Made by a program: the position numbers and the translations under genes. Source: Promethearchaeota archaeon (lineage in GTDB: Archaea > Asgardarchaeota > Hermodarchaeia > Hermodarchaeales > Hermodarchaeaceae). Taken from it: a DNA stretch of 32,000 nt. The DNA lies in contig JBHLMI010000010.1 of assembly GCA_048938295.1 (NCBI GenBank), forward strand, positions 1 to 32,000, read 5' to 3'. Positions 8,355 through 16,894 of the stretch are shown in pieces (the first letter of the stretch is position 1; each line of letters opens with the position of its first letter). The notes below the pieces were generated by a model. That model saw only the letters and a list, made by a program, of their open reading frames with translations, made no database searches and was not told where the DNA came from.

Positions 8355-9803
8355 CTAGCCTTTCACAACACCCAACGGTATCTGACTTGCGACCTTGCGT
8401 GAGATATCTGCACCATGAACTGAGTCTACTACAACGTGGACATCTTTGTAGGCATTAGGCGCTTCTTCAGCTAGAATTTTCGTACCCATTGAACGTATCA
8501 CTTCTCCTTTGGCTTCAAGCGCGTTTTTGATATCTCGTCCATGATACTTGCGAATCGCTGCTTTTCGGGACATTGCTCGTCCTGCTCCATGACAGGTGGA
8601 TCCAAAGGTTTCTTTCATTGCCTGTTCTGTGCCAACTAAAACATAGGATGCGGTTCCCATCGAGCCACCGATTAAGACGGGTTGACCAACTGATCGGTAG
8701 TCTTCAGGGATTTTTGTGTTGCCTGGTCCGAATGCGCGCGTCGCACCTTTTCGATGTACATACATGTCACGTTTCAACCCGTTCACCTCATGGGTTTCGA
8801 ACTTGCAGATATTATGCGTCACGTCATAAACAAGATGCATCCCCAGCGCTTCCCAGTCTCGACCAAACACCACTTCAAAACCTTGGCGAATCCAATGGGT
8901 CATCACCTGTCGGTTACAAAAGGCAAAATTCACTGCTGCTTTCATCGCCGCATAATAGTCCTGCCCTTCAGGAGAATTTGTAGGCGCACAGACGAGTTGT
9001 TGATCTGGAAGCCATATATTATATTTCTTAACTGCTACAGCCATGCTCTCTAAATAATCGGTTGCAATCTGGTGACCAAATCCACGGGATCCACAGTGAA
9101 GCATCACCACTACTTGCCCTTTCTCCAGACCAAAGAGTTTGGCAACAGGTTCATCAAAGATTTTCTCAACCTTTTGAACCTCTAGATAATGGTTGCCTGC
9201 TCCAAGCGTACCAAGTTGTGAACGCCCACGACGTCGCGCCTTTTCACTAACTTGAGGTACCTGCATAGCAGCACCCTCCATAAATCCTCCCTCCTCACAA
9301 TGGGCTAAGTCTGCTGATACCCCCCGATCATTATCAACCGCCCACTTAGCTCCCCACCGAATAACATCACTAAACTGGCTATCACTTAATCGAATCTTAC
9401 CTTGAGAACCGACTCCCGCAGGAACTCGATTAAAAAGCTCCTCAACAAGCTGTTGTAACTTGGGTTGGACATCGTCAACACTAAGATTAGTGCGAATTAA
9501 GCGCACGCCACAATTGATATCAAAACCTGTACATCCTGCGGAAATAATCCCCTCTTCAGCATCAAAAGCGCCAACAGCTCCCATGGGAAGCCCATATCCC
9601 CAATGAGCATCAGGCATGGCCAGAACCGGTTCAATTGGACCAGGAAGCGTTGCTACGTTGGTAAGTTGCTCCACAGCTGCGTCCTCTAGGGTGTTGATGA
9701 TATTTTTCGAACCGATAATCTTTGCACCGACTTTCATGCGAGGACGCGCTGATTTGTCCAGCCACCATCGAAACTCGTCTTGCTGCTTTAATTTTTCCTT
9801 CAT
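8355..9803 (-). CDS. rtcB: tRNA-splicing ligase RtcB
   Basis: PDAHWGYG, GFDINCG, GTLGAGNHYLE, HCGSRG, THN, HRKGAT, GGSMG, STCHGAGR, EEAPNAYK all intact; GGAG SD upstream. Confidence 0.98.
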   Translation of the reverse strand: MKEKLKQQDEFRWWLDKSARPRMKVGAKIIGSKNIINTLEDAAVEQLTNVATLPGPIEPVLAMPDAHWGYGLPMGAVGAFDAEEGIISAGCTGFDINCGVRLIRTNLSVDDVQPKLQQLVEELFNRVPAGVGSQGKIRLSDSQFSDVIRWGAKWAVDNDRGVSADLAHCEEGGFMEGAAMQVPQVSEKARRRGRSQLGTLGAGNHYLEVQKVEKIFDEPVAKLFGLEKGQVVVMLHCGSRGFGHQIATDYLESMAVAVKKYNIWLPDQQLVCAPTNSPEGQDYYAAMKAAVNFAFCNRQVMTHWIRQGFEVVFGRDWEALGMHLVYDVTHNICKFETHEVNGLKRDMYVHRKGATRAFGPGNTKIPEDYRSVGQPVLIGGSMGTASYVLVGTEQAMKETFGSTCHGAGRAMSRKAAIRKYHGRDIKNALEAKGEVIRSMGTKILAEEAPNAYKDVHVVVDSVHGADISRKVASQIPLGVVKG

Positions 9804-9832
9804 ACTTATTCGCTCCTTAATGATTTGTGATT

Positions 9833-10255
9833 TTAAACATCCACTACAACGGTAGCCTTGTATCTGTTATTAACTCTTTCAAGAGAGAAACGGTGTAAAG
9901 TGACCCCTTTAACGTGTGTCTGGAGTTCGGGTATTTTCTGGCTTCCTTTTGCAATGCTTACTAAATGAAATCCTTCACCTGGTCTCTCCTCGATTAAGTT
10001 GATGGAGAAGTCCGCGAAAAACACACCCTCGACTTCAAATTCCAGTAACAGGTTTGACAACCAATCGTAGAGTAGATGTTGCTCATCAATACCTTCAGCT
10101 TTAACTTCGATTTCGTGATCGAGCTCGACTTCCTCTAGGTTAGACATGACACCGAACAACGCTTTTCCTGCGTTTCGGAAAACCTCCGGTAGGGTCGTTC
10201 CATAGGCGTGGAACAGCTGGTCTGATGTTATTTCGTCGGAGTATTCGTATTCCAC
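9833..10255 (-). CDS. Archease (RtcB cofactor)
   Basis: YEY..ITSD..FHAYG.TL.EVF.NAGKALF...LLYDWLSNLL...HVKGVTLH...ATVVVDV; GGTGA SD; directly upstream of rtcB. Confidence 0.92.
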   Translation of the reverse strand: MEYEYSDEITSDQLFHAYGTTLPEVFRNAGKALFGVMSNLEEVELDHEIEVKAEGIDEQHLLYDWLSNLLLEFEVEGVFFADFSINLIEERPGEGFHLVSIAKGSQKIPELQTHVKGVTLHRFSLERVNNRYKATVVVDV

Positions 10256-10366
10256 GAATTATCACCTGATGAAGCACAGAAAACCAAGATGGATGTTCGC
10301 TTTTTAACGTTCGGATTTGCTGAATCGCCAGCTAAAAGGGTAAGAGACGAATGTGATAGGGTGAGA

Positions 10367-10478
10367 TGGCGCCGGGAAAGGGATTCGAACCCTTGCGACC
10401 GTAAAGTCACAGGCTACCTTGGATAACACCTCATGGCATCTCTCAAGGCCCGCGCCGTAACCACTTGGCTATCCCGGC
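10367..10478 (-). tRNA. tRNA-Ser(UGA) with a 26-nt canonical (37/38) intron and encoded CCA
   Basis: Minus strand: acceptor GCCGGGA/TCCCGGC, D arm GCC-AAGTGGTTAC-GGC, anticodon stem CGGGC/GCCTG, loop CT-TGA-G|A, long variable arm TGACTTTACGGTCGC, T arm AAGGG-TTCGAAT-CCCTT, G73, CCA. Confidence 0.95.
10416..10441 (-). other. tRNA intron with bulge-helix-bulge splice motif
   Basis: Intron AGATGCCATGAGGTGTTATCCAAGGT. C32-U33-U34-G35 pair with intron CAAG (4-bp helix). The 3-nt bulges are A36-G37|A and G-U|A38, and the outer helix is GAUG/UAUC. Confidence 0.92.
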
Positions 10479-10845
10479 TCAACATATATGTACTTGTTCG
10501 CTAGCGGCGTCATCTAAGTTGAAACTGAGTTTAATATCTTTATTGGAAGAAACTACGTACCAAAGTGGGATTATCACTTGGAGTTTAAATTCTCCGGTGC
10601 AAAAGCATATTGAGGTTCCTGTTGATTACCGAGAACCAAAATTTATTCGACTGAACAACATCGCTGGAACAGCAAATAGCGCCTGTAAAGCGGTTCCTAA
10701 AAGGACGTAATGAATCAGGAAGCCTAATCCTATAGGAGCAGACAGTTTACAGAAAATAGGGTACACGTTGTGTGCCACCATTTCTTCTTAGCTTATTTTT
10801 GACAACGATCTCTGGCTTGTAGTACTTCTCGATGGGTTAGGAGTA

Positions 10846-10860
10846 CGAAAGACTTAAATC
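10846..10860 (+). promoter_or_regulatory. Candidate BRE/TATA promoter for rpl3-rpl4-rpl23-rpl2
   Basis: CGAAAGA-CTTAAAT-C, ~25 nt before a structured leader and ~100 nt before the rpl3 ATG. Confidence 0.5.
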
Positions 10861-10956
10861 GTTCCACCCGCTTCCGAGCCGTTGAGCTGGTGGAGGTAAC
10901 ACCTTATTCGTAACTGATCTTGCCTCCCCTGATAACTTCCCTTGGAAGTGGAATCC

Positions 10957-11958
10957 ATGGGTCATCGAAAACAAAGTGCCCCAAGACATGGTAGTCTTTC
11001 ACATCGTCCCCGAAAGCGTGTGCGTCGGGTTAGTGGACGAGTTCGCTATTGGCCCGAACAGGCACCTGAGCCCCAAATTCTTGGCTTTGCAGGATATAAA
11101 GTGGGGATGACGCATGTGATTCTAATCGATGATAAACCAAACAGCCCCTGGTTTGGTCGAGAAGTTAGTCGCGCAGTCACAATTGTCGATACACCACCGA
11201 TGCTTGTTGTGTCAATCCGGGGATATGGTCAAAATGGCGGTGGCTTACGGGCTTTAGGTGAAACCTGGATGGACAAACTTCCACGTGATATACGACGTAT
11301 ATTGCCTTGGCCCAAAGATTATGATGGCAAAACATCTATGGATAAACTATCCAAATCATTAGATGAAATCACAGAATTTCGTGTCTCCCTTTTGACCCAG
11401 CCTAGGCAGGCAGGAATTAGTAAGAAAAAAGCCGAAATCATTGAATGTGGCATCCATGGCGGTTCAATCAAAGAGCAATTTGATTACATAACCCCCCTCC
11501 TCGGAAAAGAGATACGGGTACGGGATATATTCCAACCGGGTCAGTTCCTCGATGCCATTGCTGTTACGAAAGGAAAAGGATTCCAAGGCGTGGTTAAACG
11601 CTTCAGCGTTGCTAAACTACCACACAAATCCCGTAAAGCCGTTCGTGCAGTTGGTACCCTCGGTCCCTGGCATCCTAGCCGTATTATGTACACAGTACCT
11701 CGAGCGGGTCAAATGGGGGTTCATCAACGAACCGAATATAATAAGCGATTATTACGGATCGGTGAAAAGAGTGATGATATTACACCATCAGGAGGGTTTC
11801 CACATTATGGTAACCTTCAATCCGATTTCCTTCTGATCGACGGATCCTTACCTGGTCCATCTCGAAGATTAATTCGTCTCCGAGTGCCCAGTCGACCAAA
11901 ACCAGTTCCAGATAAACCTCCTGAAATCGTGTATATCAGTACGACCGCGAAGAAATAA
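10957..11958 (+). CDS. rpl3: 50S ribosomal protein L3 (uL3)
   Basis: MGHRKQSAPRHGSL...FAGYKVGMTHV...VTKGKGFQGVVKRF...PRAGQMGVHQRTEYNKR. ATG at 10957 preferred over TTG at 10942. Confidence 0.98.
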   Translation: MGHRKQSAPRHGSLSHRPRKRVRRVSGRVRYWPEQAPEPQILGFAGYKVGMTHVILIDDKPNSPWFGREVSRAVTIVDTPPMLVVSIRGYGQNGGGLRALGETWMDKLPRDIRRILPWPKDYDGKTSMDKLSKSLDEITEFRVSLLTQPRQAGISKKKAEIIECGIHGGSIKEQFDYITPLLGKEIRVRDIFQPGQFLDAIAVTKGKGFQGVVKRFSVAKLPHKSRKAVRAVGTLGPWHPSRIMYTVPRAGQMGVHQRTEYNKRLLRIGEKSDDITPSGGFPHYGNLQSDFLLIDGSLPGPSRRLIRLRVPSRPKPVPDKPPEIVYISTTAKK

Positions 11959-11971
11959 TGGAGGATTCATC

Positions 11972-12763
11972 ATGGCTTCAATTAAGATTCATACATTAGA
12001 AGGAAAATCGCGGGGAACAGTCGCTCTTCCTCCAGTATTTGACACTCCACTTCGGAAAGATATCATCAAACGCGCCGTCCTTGCCCAACAATCCAGTCGG
12101 TATCAAAGGCAAGGAGTCGATCCCCTTGCTGGCAAACGGACCTCCGCGGAATCTTGGGGAACAGGACAAGGTAAAGCAAGGGTGCCCCGTAGAAAAGGAC
12201 AGGGTTACCCCACTGCTTCAAATGCTGCCTTTGCTCCATTCACAGTTAGTGGGCGGAAGACGCATCCTCCAGAGGCTGAAAAGAATCCAGTAGAGCGGGT
12301 CAATAAAAAAGAACGTCGGCTAGCAATTCGTTCGGCTATTGCTGCAACAGCTAATCAGGAACTTGTAGCATCACGCGGTCATGCCTTTGAAACTGATCAA
12401 TTTCCACTGGTCGTCATTGATAAGTTCCAAGAGTTGCAAACAACAGAGGAAGTCAAAGATGTCTTGGAAAATATCGGTGTTTGGAGTGATGTTGTCCGTG
12501 TGAAAAATGGGCAAAAGATTCGGGGAGGGAACGCCCGACGCCGCGGTCGAAAGTACCGAAAATCGGTGGGTCCATTGATTGTCATTACTCAGGATGGAGG
12601 AATACGTCAAGCTGCACGAAATATTCCAGGGATTAAGGTTATCTACGCCTCAAAGCTTAATGCCGAGGTTTTAGCGCCAGGAACACAACCAGGACGTTTG
12701 ACAATCTGGACGAAATCAGCAATTGAAGCTCTTGCTGAACAACCAACCGAGGGTGGTCAGTAA
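11972..12763 (+). CDS. rpl4: 50S ribosomal protein L4 (uL4)
   Basis: SAESWGTGQGKARVPR...NKKERRLAIRSAIAAT...RRGRKYRKSVGPL...LAPGTQPGRLTIWT; GGAGGA SD. Confidence 0.98.
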   Translation: MASIKIHTLEGKSRGTVALPPVFDTPLRKDIIKRAVLAQQSSRYQRQGVDPLAGKRTSAESWGTGQGKARVPRRKGQGYPTASNAAFAPFTVSGRKTHPPEAEKNPVERVNKKERRLAIRSAIAATANQELVASRGHAFETDQFPLVVIDKFQELQTTEEVKDVLENIGVWSDVVRVKNGQKIRGGNARRRGRKYRKSVGPLIVITQDGGIRQAARNIPGIKVIYASKLNAEVLAPGTQPGRLTIWTKSAIEALAEQPTEGGQ

Positions 12764-13023
12764 TGGATCCTTATGATGTGATAATCCGGATGATGATTAC
12801 TGAGCGCGCCTCAGAGATCGTCGAAAAAGAAAACCGTCTCACATTCATGGTGAACCGAAAAGCCACAAAGGGCCAAATTCGAGAAGCCATCGAACTACTC
12901 TATGAAGTGAAGGTTATCAAGGTTAACACTATGATTACTCCCGAGGGCAAAAAGAAGGCTCTCGTAAAACTAGCCCCTGAATACAATGCTGCTGACTTAG
13001 CAGTCAAACTAGGATTATTCTAA
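12763..13023 (+). CDS. rpl23: 50S ribosomal protein L23 (uL23)
   Basis: ITERA...ENRLTFMV..KATK.QIREAIE.LYEVKV.KVNT.ITP.GKKKA.VKL; TAATG overlap with rpl4. Confidence 0.97.
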   Translation: MDPYDVIIRMMITERASEIVEKENRLTFMVNRKATKGQIREAIELLYEVKVIKVNTMITPEGKKKALVKLAPEYNAADLAVKLGLF

Positions 13024-13039
13024 TCAGAGGTAGACACAA

Positions 13040-13768
13040 ATGGGTAAACGAATCTATACACAACGGCGTGGGCGCGGATCACCGACATTTCGTGCAAAAA
13101 CGCACCGGCGACGCGGGGCAGTCAAGTATCCCCCACTCGCCTTGATGGACAAACGTGGTTATCTTCAAGCCGATGTTGAAGAACTAATGCATGATCCAGG
13201 TCGTGGAGCTCCCATCGCCACACTTCGATTTGAAAATGGTGAAACTCATCTTTCCCTTGTACCGGAAGGAACCGCTATTGGAGAGCGAATTCGCATAGGC
13301 CCCAAGGCAGGCATTCGTGCAGGGCATATTCTACCTCTTGGACAAATCCCAGAAGGTACACCGATCTTTAATATCGAAAGTCAACCCGGAGACGGGGGAA
13401 AATTCGTCCGATCGAGTGGTACCTATGCCACCATTATCACACATTCTGCGGGAACCACCTCGATCCGCTTACCCTCCGGAAAGACTCGAACCTTCAGCTC
13501 TACAGCACGGGCTACAATTGGCGTTGTATCCGGTGGTGGACGACCTGAGAAACCGTTTCTGAAAGCCGGAAGCAAACACAAACAACGTTACGCCAAAGGG
13601 TTAACCTACCCGAAGGTCCGGGGTGTTGCAATGAATGCCGTCAGCCACCCGCACGGTGGCGGTAACAAACAACGACCAGGGGGTCCGACCTCAGTTGCAC
13701 GTACCGCTCCTCCAGGTCGGAAAGTTGGGCTCATTGCACCTAAGCGGTCAGGTCTAAAGAAGCGCTGA
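13040..13768 (+). CDS. rpl2: 50S ribosomal protein L2 (uL2)
   Basis: MGKRIYTQRRGRG...HDPGRGAP...GGKFVRSSG...YPKVRGVAMNAVSHPHGGG...PPGRKVGLIA. Confidence 0.98.
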   Translation: MGKRIYTQRRGRGSPTFRAKTHRRRGAVKYPPLALMDKRGYLQADVEELMHDPGRGAPIATLRFENGETHLSLVPEGTAIGERIRIGPKAGIRAGHILPLGQIPEGTPIFNIESQPGDGGKFVRSSGTYATIITHSAGTTSIRLPSGKTRTFSSTARATIGVVSGGGRPEKPFLKAGSKHKQRYAKGLTYPKVRGVAMNAVSHPHGGGNKQRPGGPTSVARTAPPGRKVGLIAPKRSGLKKR

Positions 13769-13813
13769 TAGAAATCATGCCAATGAAGAAGTCTATATTT
13801 GAATTAGCCTTAC

Positions 13814-15343
13814 TTAGGTTTCCTGATCGTGTTGTTGTAACATCCGCCAAGATAGGGTCATGGTGCGCGGATGTGCAGCCTTAACTTCGTCAAGTCGAGT
13901 AATTGCCGTGTTCTGTGGTGCGCAGCGAACGAGGTTAGGATCAGAGTAGGCTTGTTCTGCGATTTCTGTTAGTGCTCTAATGAATCGATCAAGTTCTGCT
14001 TTACTGAAGGTCTCTGTGGGTTCGATCATTAATGCCTCTTCAACGATGGCTGGAAAATAAAAAGTAGGCGCATGTAATCCCCGGTCGAGTAAAGCTTTTG
14101 CCACGTCTCGAGCATTTACTCCTGTATCGCGTTCAAGGGGGCTTGCACTAACAACAACCTCGTGTTTTCTCCAGATACCAGGAGCGAAGGGGATGCTAAA
14201 GCCCTTGATACTCTCTATCTGTTTCATTAGGTAGTTTGCGTTCAAAACTGCATGATTCGAAACTGCATGTAATCCTTCCCACCCCATCCGTATGATATAC
14301 GCGTAAGATTTCAACAAGACAGCCGCATTACCATGGAATCCATGAAGGCGCCCAATCGATTTTGGCCGATCACTCTCTAAGTAATACTCTGTCCCATTGA
14401 ATGCAATCACAGGCACCGGTAGGTACTCGGCGAGTCGTTGCTTCACGCCGACAGGTCCTGCACCTGGTCCTCCTCCGCCGTGTGGCGTCGCGAAGGTTTT
14501 GTGTAGGTTTGTATGGATTATATCAAAACCCATATCACCTGGTCGAACGCGACCCAAATTCGCGTTTAAGTTCGCGCCATCATAATATAACAACCCCCCC
14601 GCCTTGTGAACGATGGAAGCGATGGTCTCGATTTCTTTTTCAAATAAGCCCAAAGTATTCGGGTTCGTCAACATTAGACCTGCGGTTTGATTCGAAACGG
14701 CGCTTTCTAGGGCTTGGATATCAACTTGACCGAGTTTATTTGATGGGACTACGACGACATCAAATCCTGCCATCGCTGCACTTGCAGGATTTGTACCATG
14801 GGCAGAATCGGGAACAATAATTTGTCGCCGGGTCTCCAGTTCGCCCTGATCTGCATGAAAGGCACGGATTATAAGAACACCAGCCAATTCTCCCTGCGCA
14901 CCTGCTGCCGGTTGAAGCGAATGGTAATCCATTCCAGTTATTTCTGACAGCCACTGCTGTAACTCGAAAAGGATTTTAAGAATGCCCTGAAGGGTTGTGC
15001 AATCTTGGTGGGGGTGAGCTTGAGCAAAATTAAGATCCTTTATGATTTCCTCATTCATGGGCGGATTATACTTCATTGTGCAACTACCCAATGGGTAAAG
15101 GCCCAAATCGATGCTGTAGTTCATTTGAGATAAACGGATGAAGTGTTGAACCACTTCTGGTTCTGATAATTCAGGCAAAGAAGGTTGTATTTTGCGGCGG
15201 AGGTTCTTGGGAATGGTTGAAAGGGGATTGGGCAACAGATTTTGGATGGTCTTGCTGGGCTCGGGTAGGGAATAGCCTATAGCTCCTACCCGAGATCTTT
15301 CGAAAATCAAGGGCTCATCCCATTTTGCTTGATGAAACTTCAT
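13814..15343 (-). CDS. gcvPB: Glycine cleavage system P protein subunit 2
   Basis: YPLGSCTMKYNP, QPAAGAQGE, SAHGTNPASA, YYDGANLNA, PLP-lysine motif NLHKTFATPHGGGGPG, LMIEPTE. Confidence 0.97.
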   Translation of the reverse strand: MKFHQAKWDEPLIFERSRVGAIGYSLPEPSKTIQNLLPNPLSTIPKNLRRKIQPSLPELSEPEVVQHFIRLSQMNYSIDLGLYPLGSCTMKYNPPMNEEIIKDLNFAQAHPHQDCTTLQGILKILFELQQWLSEITGMDYHSLQPAAGAQGELAGVLIIRAFHADQGELETRRQIIVPDSAHGTNPASAAMAGFDVVVVPSNKLGQVDIQALESAVSNQTAGLMLTNPNTLGLFEKEIETIASIVHKAGGLLYYDGANLNANLGRVRPGDMGFDIIHTNLHKTFATPHGGGGPGAGPVGVKQRLAEYLPVPVIAFNGTEYYLESDRPKSIGRLHGFHGNAAVLLKSYAYIIRMGWEGLHAVSNHAVLNANYLMKQIESIKGFSIPFAPGIWRKHEVVVSASPLERDTGVNARDVAKALLDRGLHAPTFYFPAIVEEALMIEPTETFSKAELDRFIRALTEIAEQAYSDPNLVRCAPQNTAITRLDEVKAAHPRTMTLSWRMLQQHDQET

Positions 15344-16749
15344 GGTTTACCCTCCACGGCTTGTTGAAATGCTGCTGAAAGTTGGTCTATCTCCTCTTGA
15401 GTATGGATTTCTGTAACACAGACAAGTGCCGCTTCTCCTAGTTCAGGGAAACTCTGATCCAATGGAATGCCTGCTAGAATTCCACATTTCTGGATTTTCG
15501 CAAGCACTTCTCGTATCGTTCGTGCTGGGATTTCTTGTCCTTTCTCTATTGAGACGCTAAATTCTTTGAAATGGGGGGCTTCGAATAAGGGGGCTTTGAT
15601 TCCATCGATAGCATTAAGTTGATTTTCCGTGTAGTGGCGTAGTTGGAGGATTTTCTCTCCCAACTCGGTTATTCCTTGAGGTCCTAATAGTGACAAGTAT
15701 ACTGCGGCAGTGATCGCTGAATGGGCTTGATTTGAGCAAATGTTCGATGTTGCTTTCTCTCGACGAATATGCTGTTCACGGGCTTGAATTGTCATGACAA
15801 AGCCCCTTTCATCTCCTTCTTGTGTTGTTGTCAAGCCAATGATTCGACCAGGCAACTGACGCAAGATTTTTCTCTCATTTTTGCTGGCAAAAATCCCTAA
15901 GAGTGGTCCGCCCATATTTATTGGACTACCCAAGGGTTGTCCCTCCCCTATGACAATATCAGCATCATAATCTCCGGGAGGTCGAATTACTCCAAGCGAA
16001 ATAGGGTCGATGCCTACAACAACAAGTGCTCCAGCGTCATGTACAAGATCCACAATAGCGTCGACATCATCTTGGAGAACTCCCAAATATCCCGGGTTTT
16101 CAAAATAGACACCTGCTGTATTCGTATCGAGCAGCTCTTTGAGATGCTCAACATTCAACTGTCCTGTACGGTGATTATAACCAATATCAGCAATCTTGAT
16201 TCCCGCAGGCTGGGTATAAGTATGTAAAACTGCTCGGCGACTCGGTGAAATTAGGTGAGGAATTAGAAAAGAATTTCGATTGGTAATCCGGCTGGTTAAC
16301 AGGGCTGCTTCTCCCAACGCACTTGCCCAATCGTACATCGAGGCATTAACAATCGGGAGTTCAATTAACTCCGCCATCAGGCTCTGATACTCAAATAGCG
16401 CCTGAAGCATGCCCTGACTAATTTCTGCCTGATAGGGCGTGTATGCTGTAAGAAATTCCGTGCGATTGACGATGGTTTTAAGGGCCTCAGGAATAATGTG
16501 TGGCCAAACGCCACCTCCTAAGAAACTCATTCCCTTTCGAGGAGTCCAGTTTTGAGCAAGGGAACGAGAAACCTTCTCACAGACTTCACTTTCTGATAGG
16601 CCATTGGGAATCTTCAAGCGTCTTTTTAACAGAAATTTCGAAGGAATGTCATTGAACAATTCATTGATATCTTTGATGCCTAGAGCTGTAAGCATCTCTA
16701 TTTCTTGCTCACCAACCGTGGGTAGGAAAGAATGACGGAATTTCGACAC
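15340..16749 (-). CDS. gcvPA: Glycine cleavage system P protein subunit 1
   Basis: SFLGGG, TAYTPYQAEISQGMLQALFEYQ, NASMYD, EGQPLG..GGP.LG, REQHIRREKATSNICSNQA; GAGGTGA SD; 4-nt overlap with gcvPB. Confidence 0.97.
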   Translation of the reverse strand: MSKFRHSFLPTVGEQEIEMLTALGIKDINELFNDIPSKFLLKRRLKIPNGLSESEVCEKVSRSLAQNWTPRKGMSFLGGGVWPHIIPEALKTIVNRTEFLTAYTPYQAEISQGMLQALFEYQSLMAELIELPIVNASMYDWASALGEAALLTSRITNRNSFLIPHLISPSRRAVLHTYTQPAGIKIADIGYNHRTGQLNVEHLKELLDTNTAGVYFENPGYLGVLQDDVDAIVDLVHDAGALVVVGIDPISLGVIRPPGDYDADIVIGEGQPLGSPINMGGPLLGIFASKNERKILRQLPGRIIGLTTTQEGDERGFVMTIQAREQHIRREKATSNICSNQAHSAITAAVYLSLLGPQGITELGEKILQLRHYTENQLNAIDGIKAPLFEAPHFKEFSVSIEKGQEIPARTIREVLAKIQKCGILAGIPLDQSFPELGEAALVCVTEIHTQEEIDQLSAAFQQAVEGKP

Positions 16750-16819
16750 TGAACAAACCTCACCTCTGTTCGTTGACTCGACTCAGAAATAGCTTTCTCC
16801 ACAACCATGACAGGATTCA

Positions 16820-16848
16820 ACTCAATATTGAGTAGCTACTCTTATATA
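16820..16848. promoter_or_regulatory. Overlapping palindromes plus TATA box in the divergent gcvPA / ECF-S promoter
   Basis: ACTCAATATTGAGT (16820-16833) and GAGTAGCTACTC (16830-16841) are perfect palindromes, followed immediately by TTATATA (16842-16848). Confidence 0.55.
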
Positions 16849-16894
16849 CCAGGAACCTTCAATGCGCCCACTCTCAAGGAGGGTCCTCCCTGCT

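Noticed and set aside
10220-10255. Archease N-terminus DEITSD lacks the His of the EHTAD motif
   Set aside because: The key Asp and the C-terminal K.VT.H motif are retained; this position varies among archeases.
10465-10710. 81-aa + strand ORF from the ORF track
   Set aside because: Starts inside the 5' end of the tRNA gene on the opposite strand, has no SD and no recognisable motif; probably spurious.
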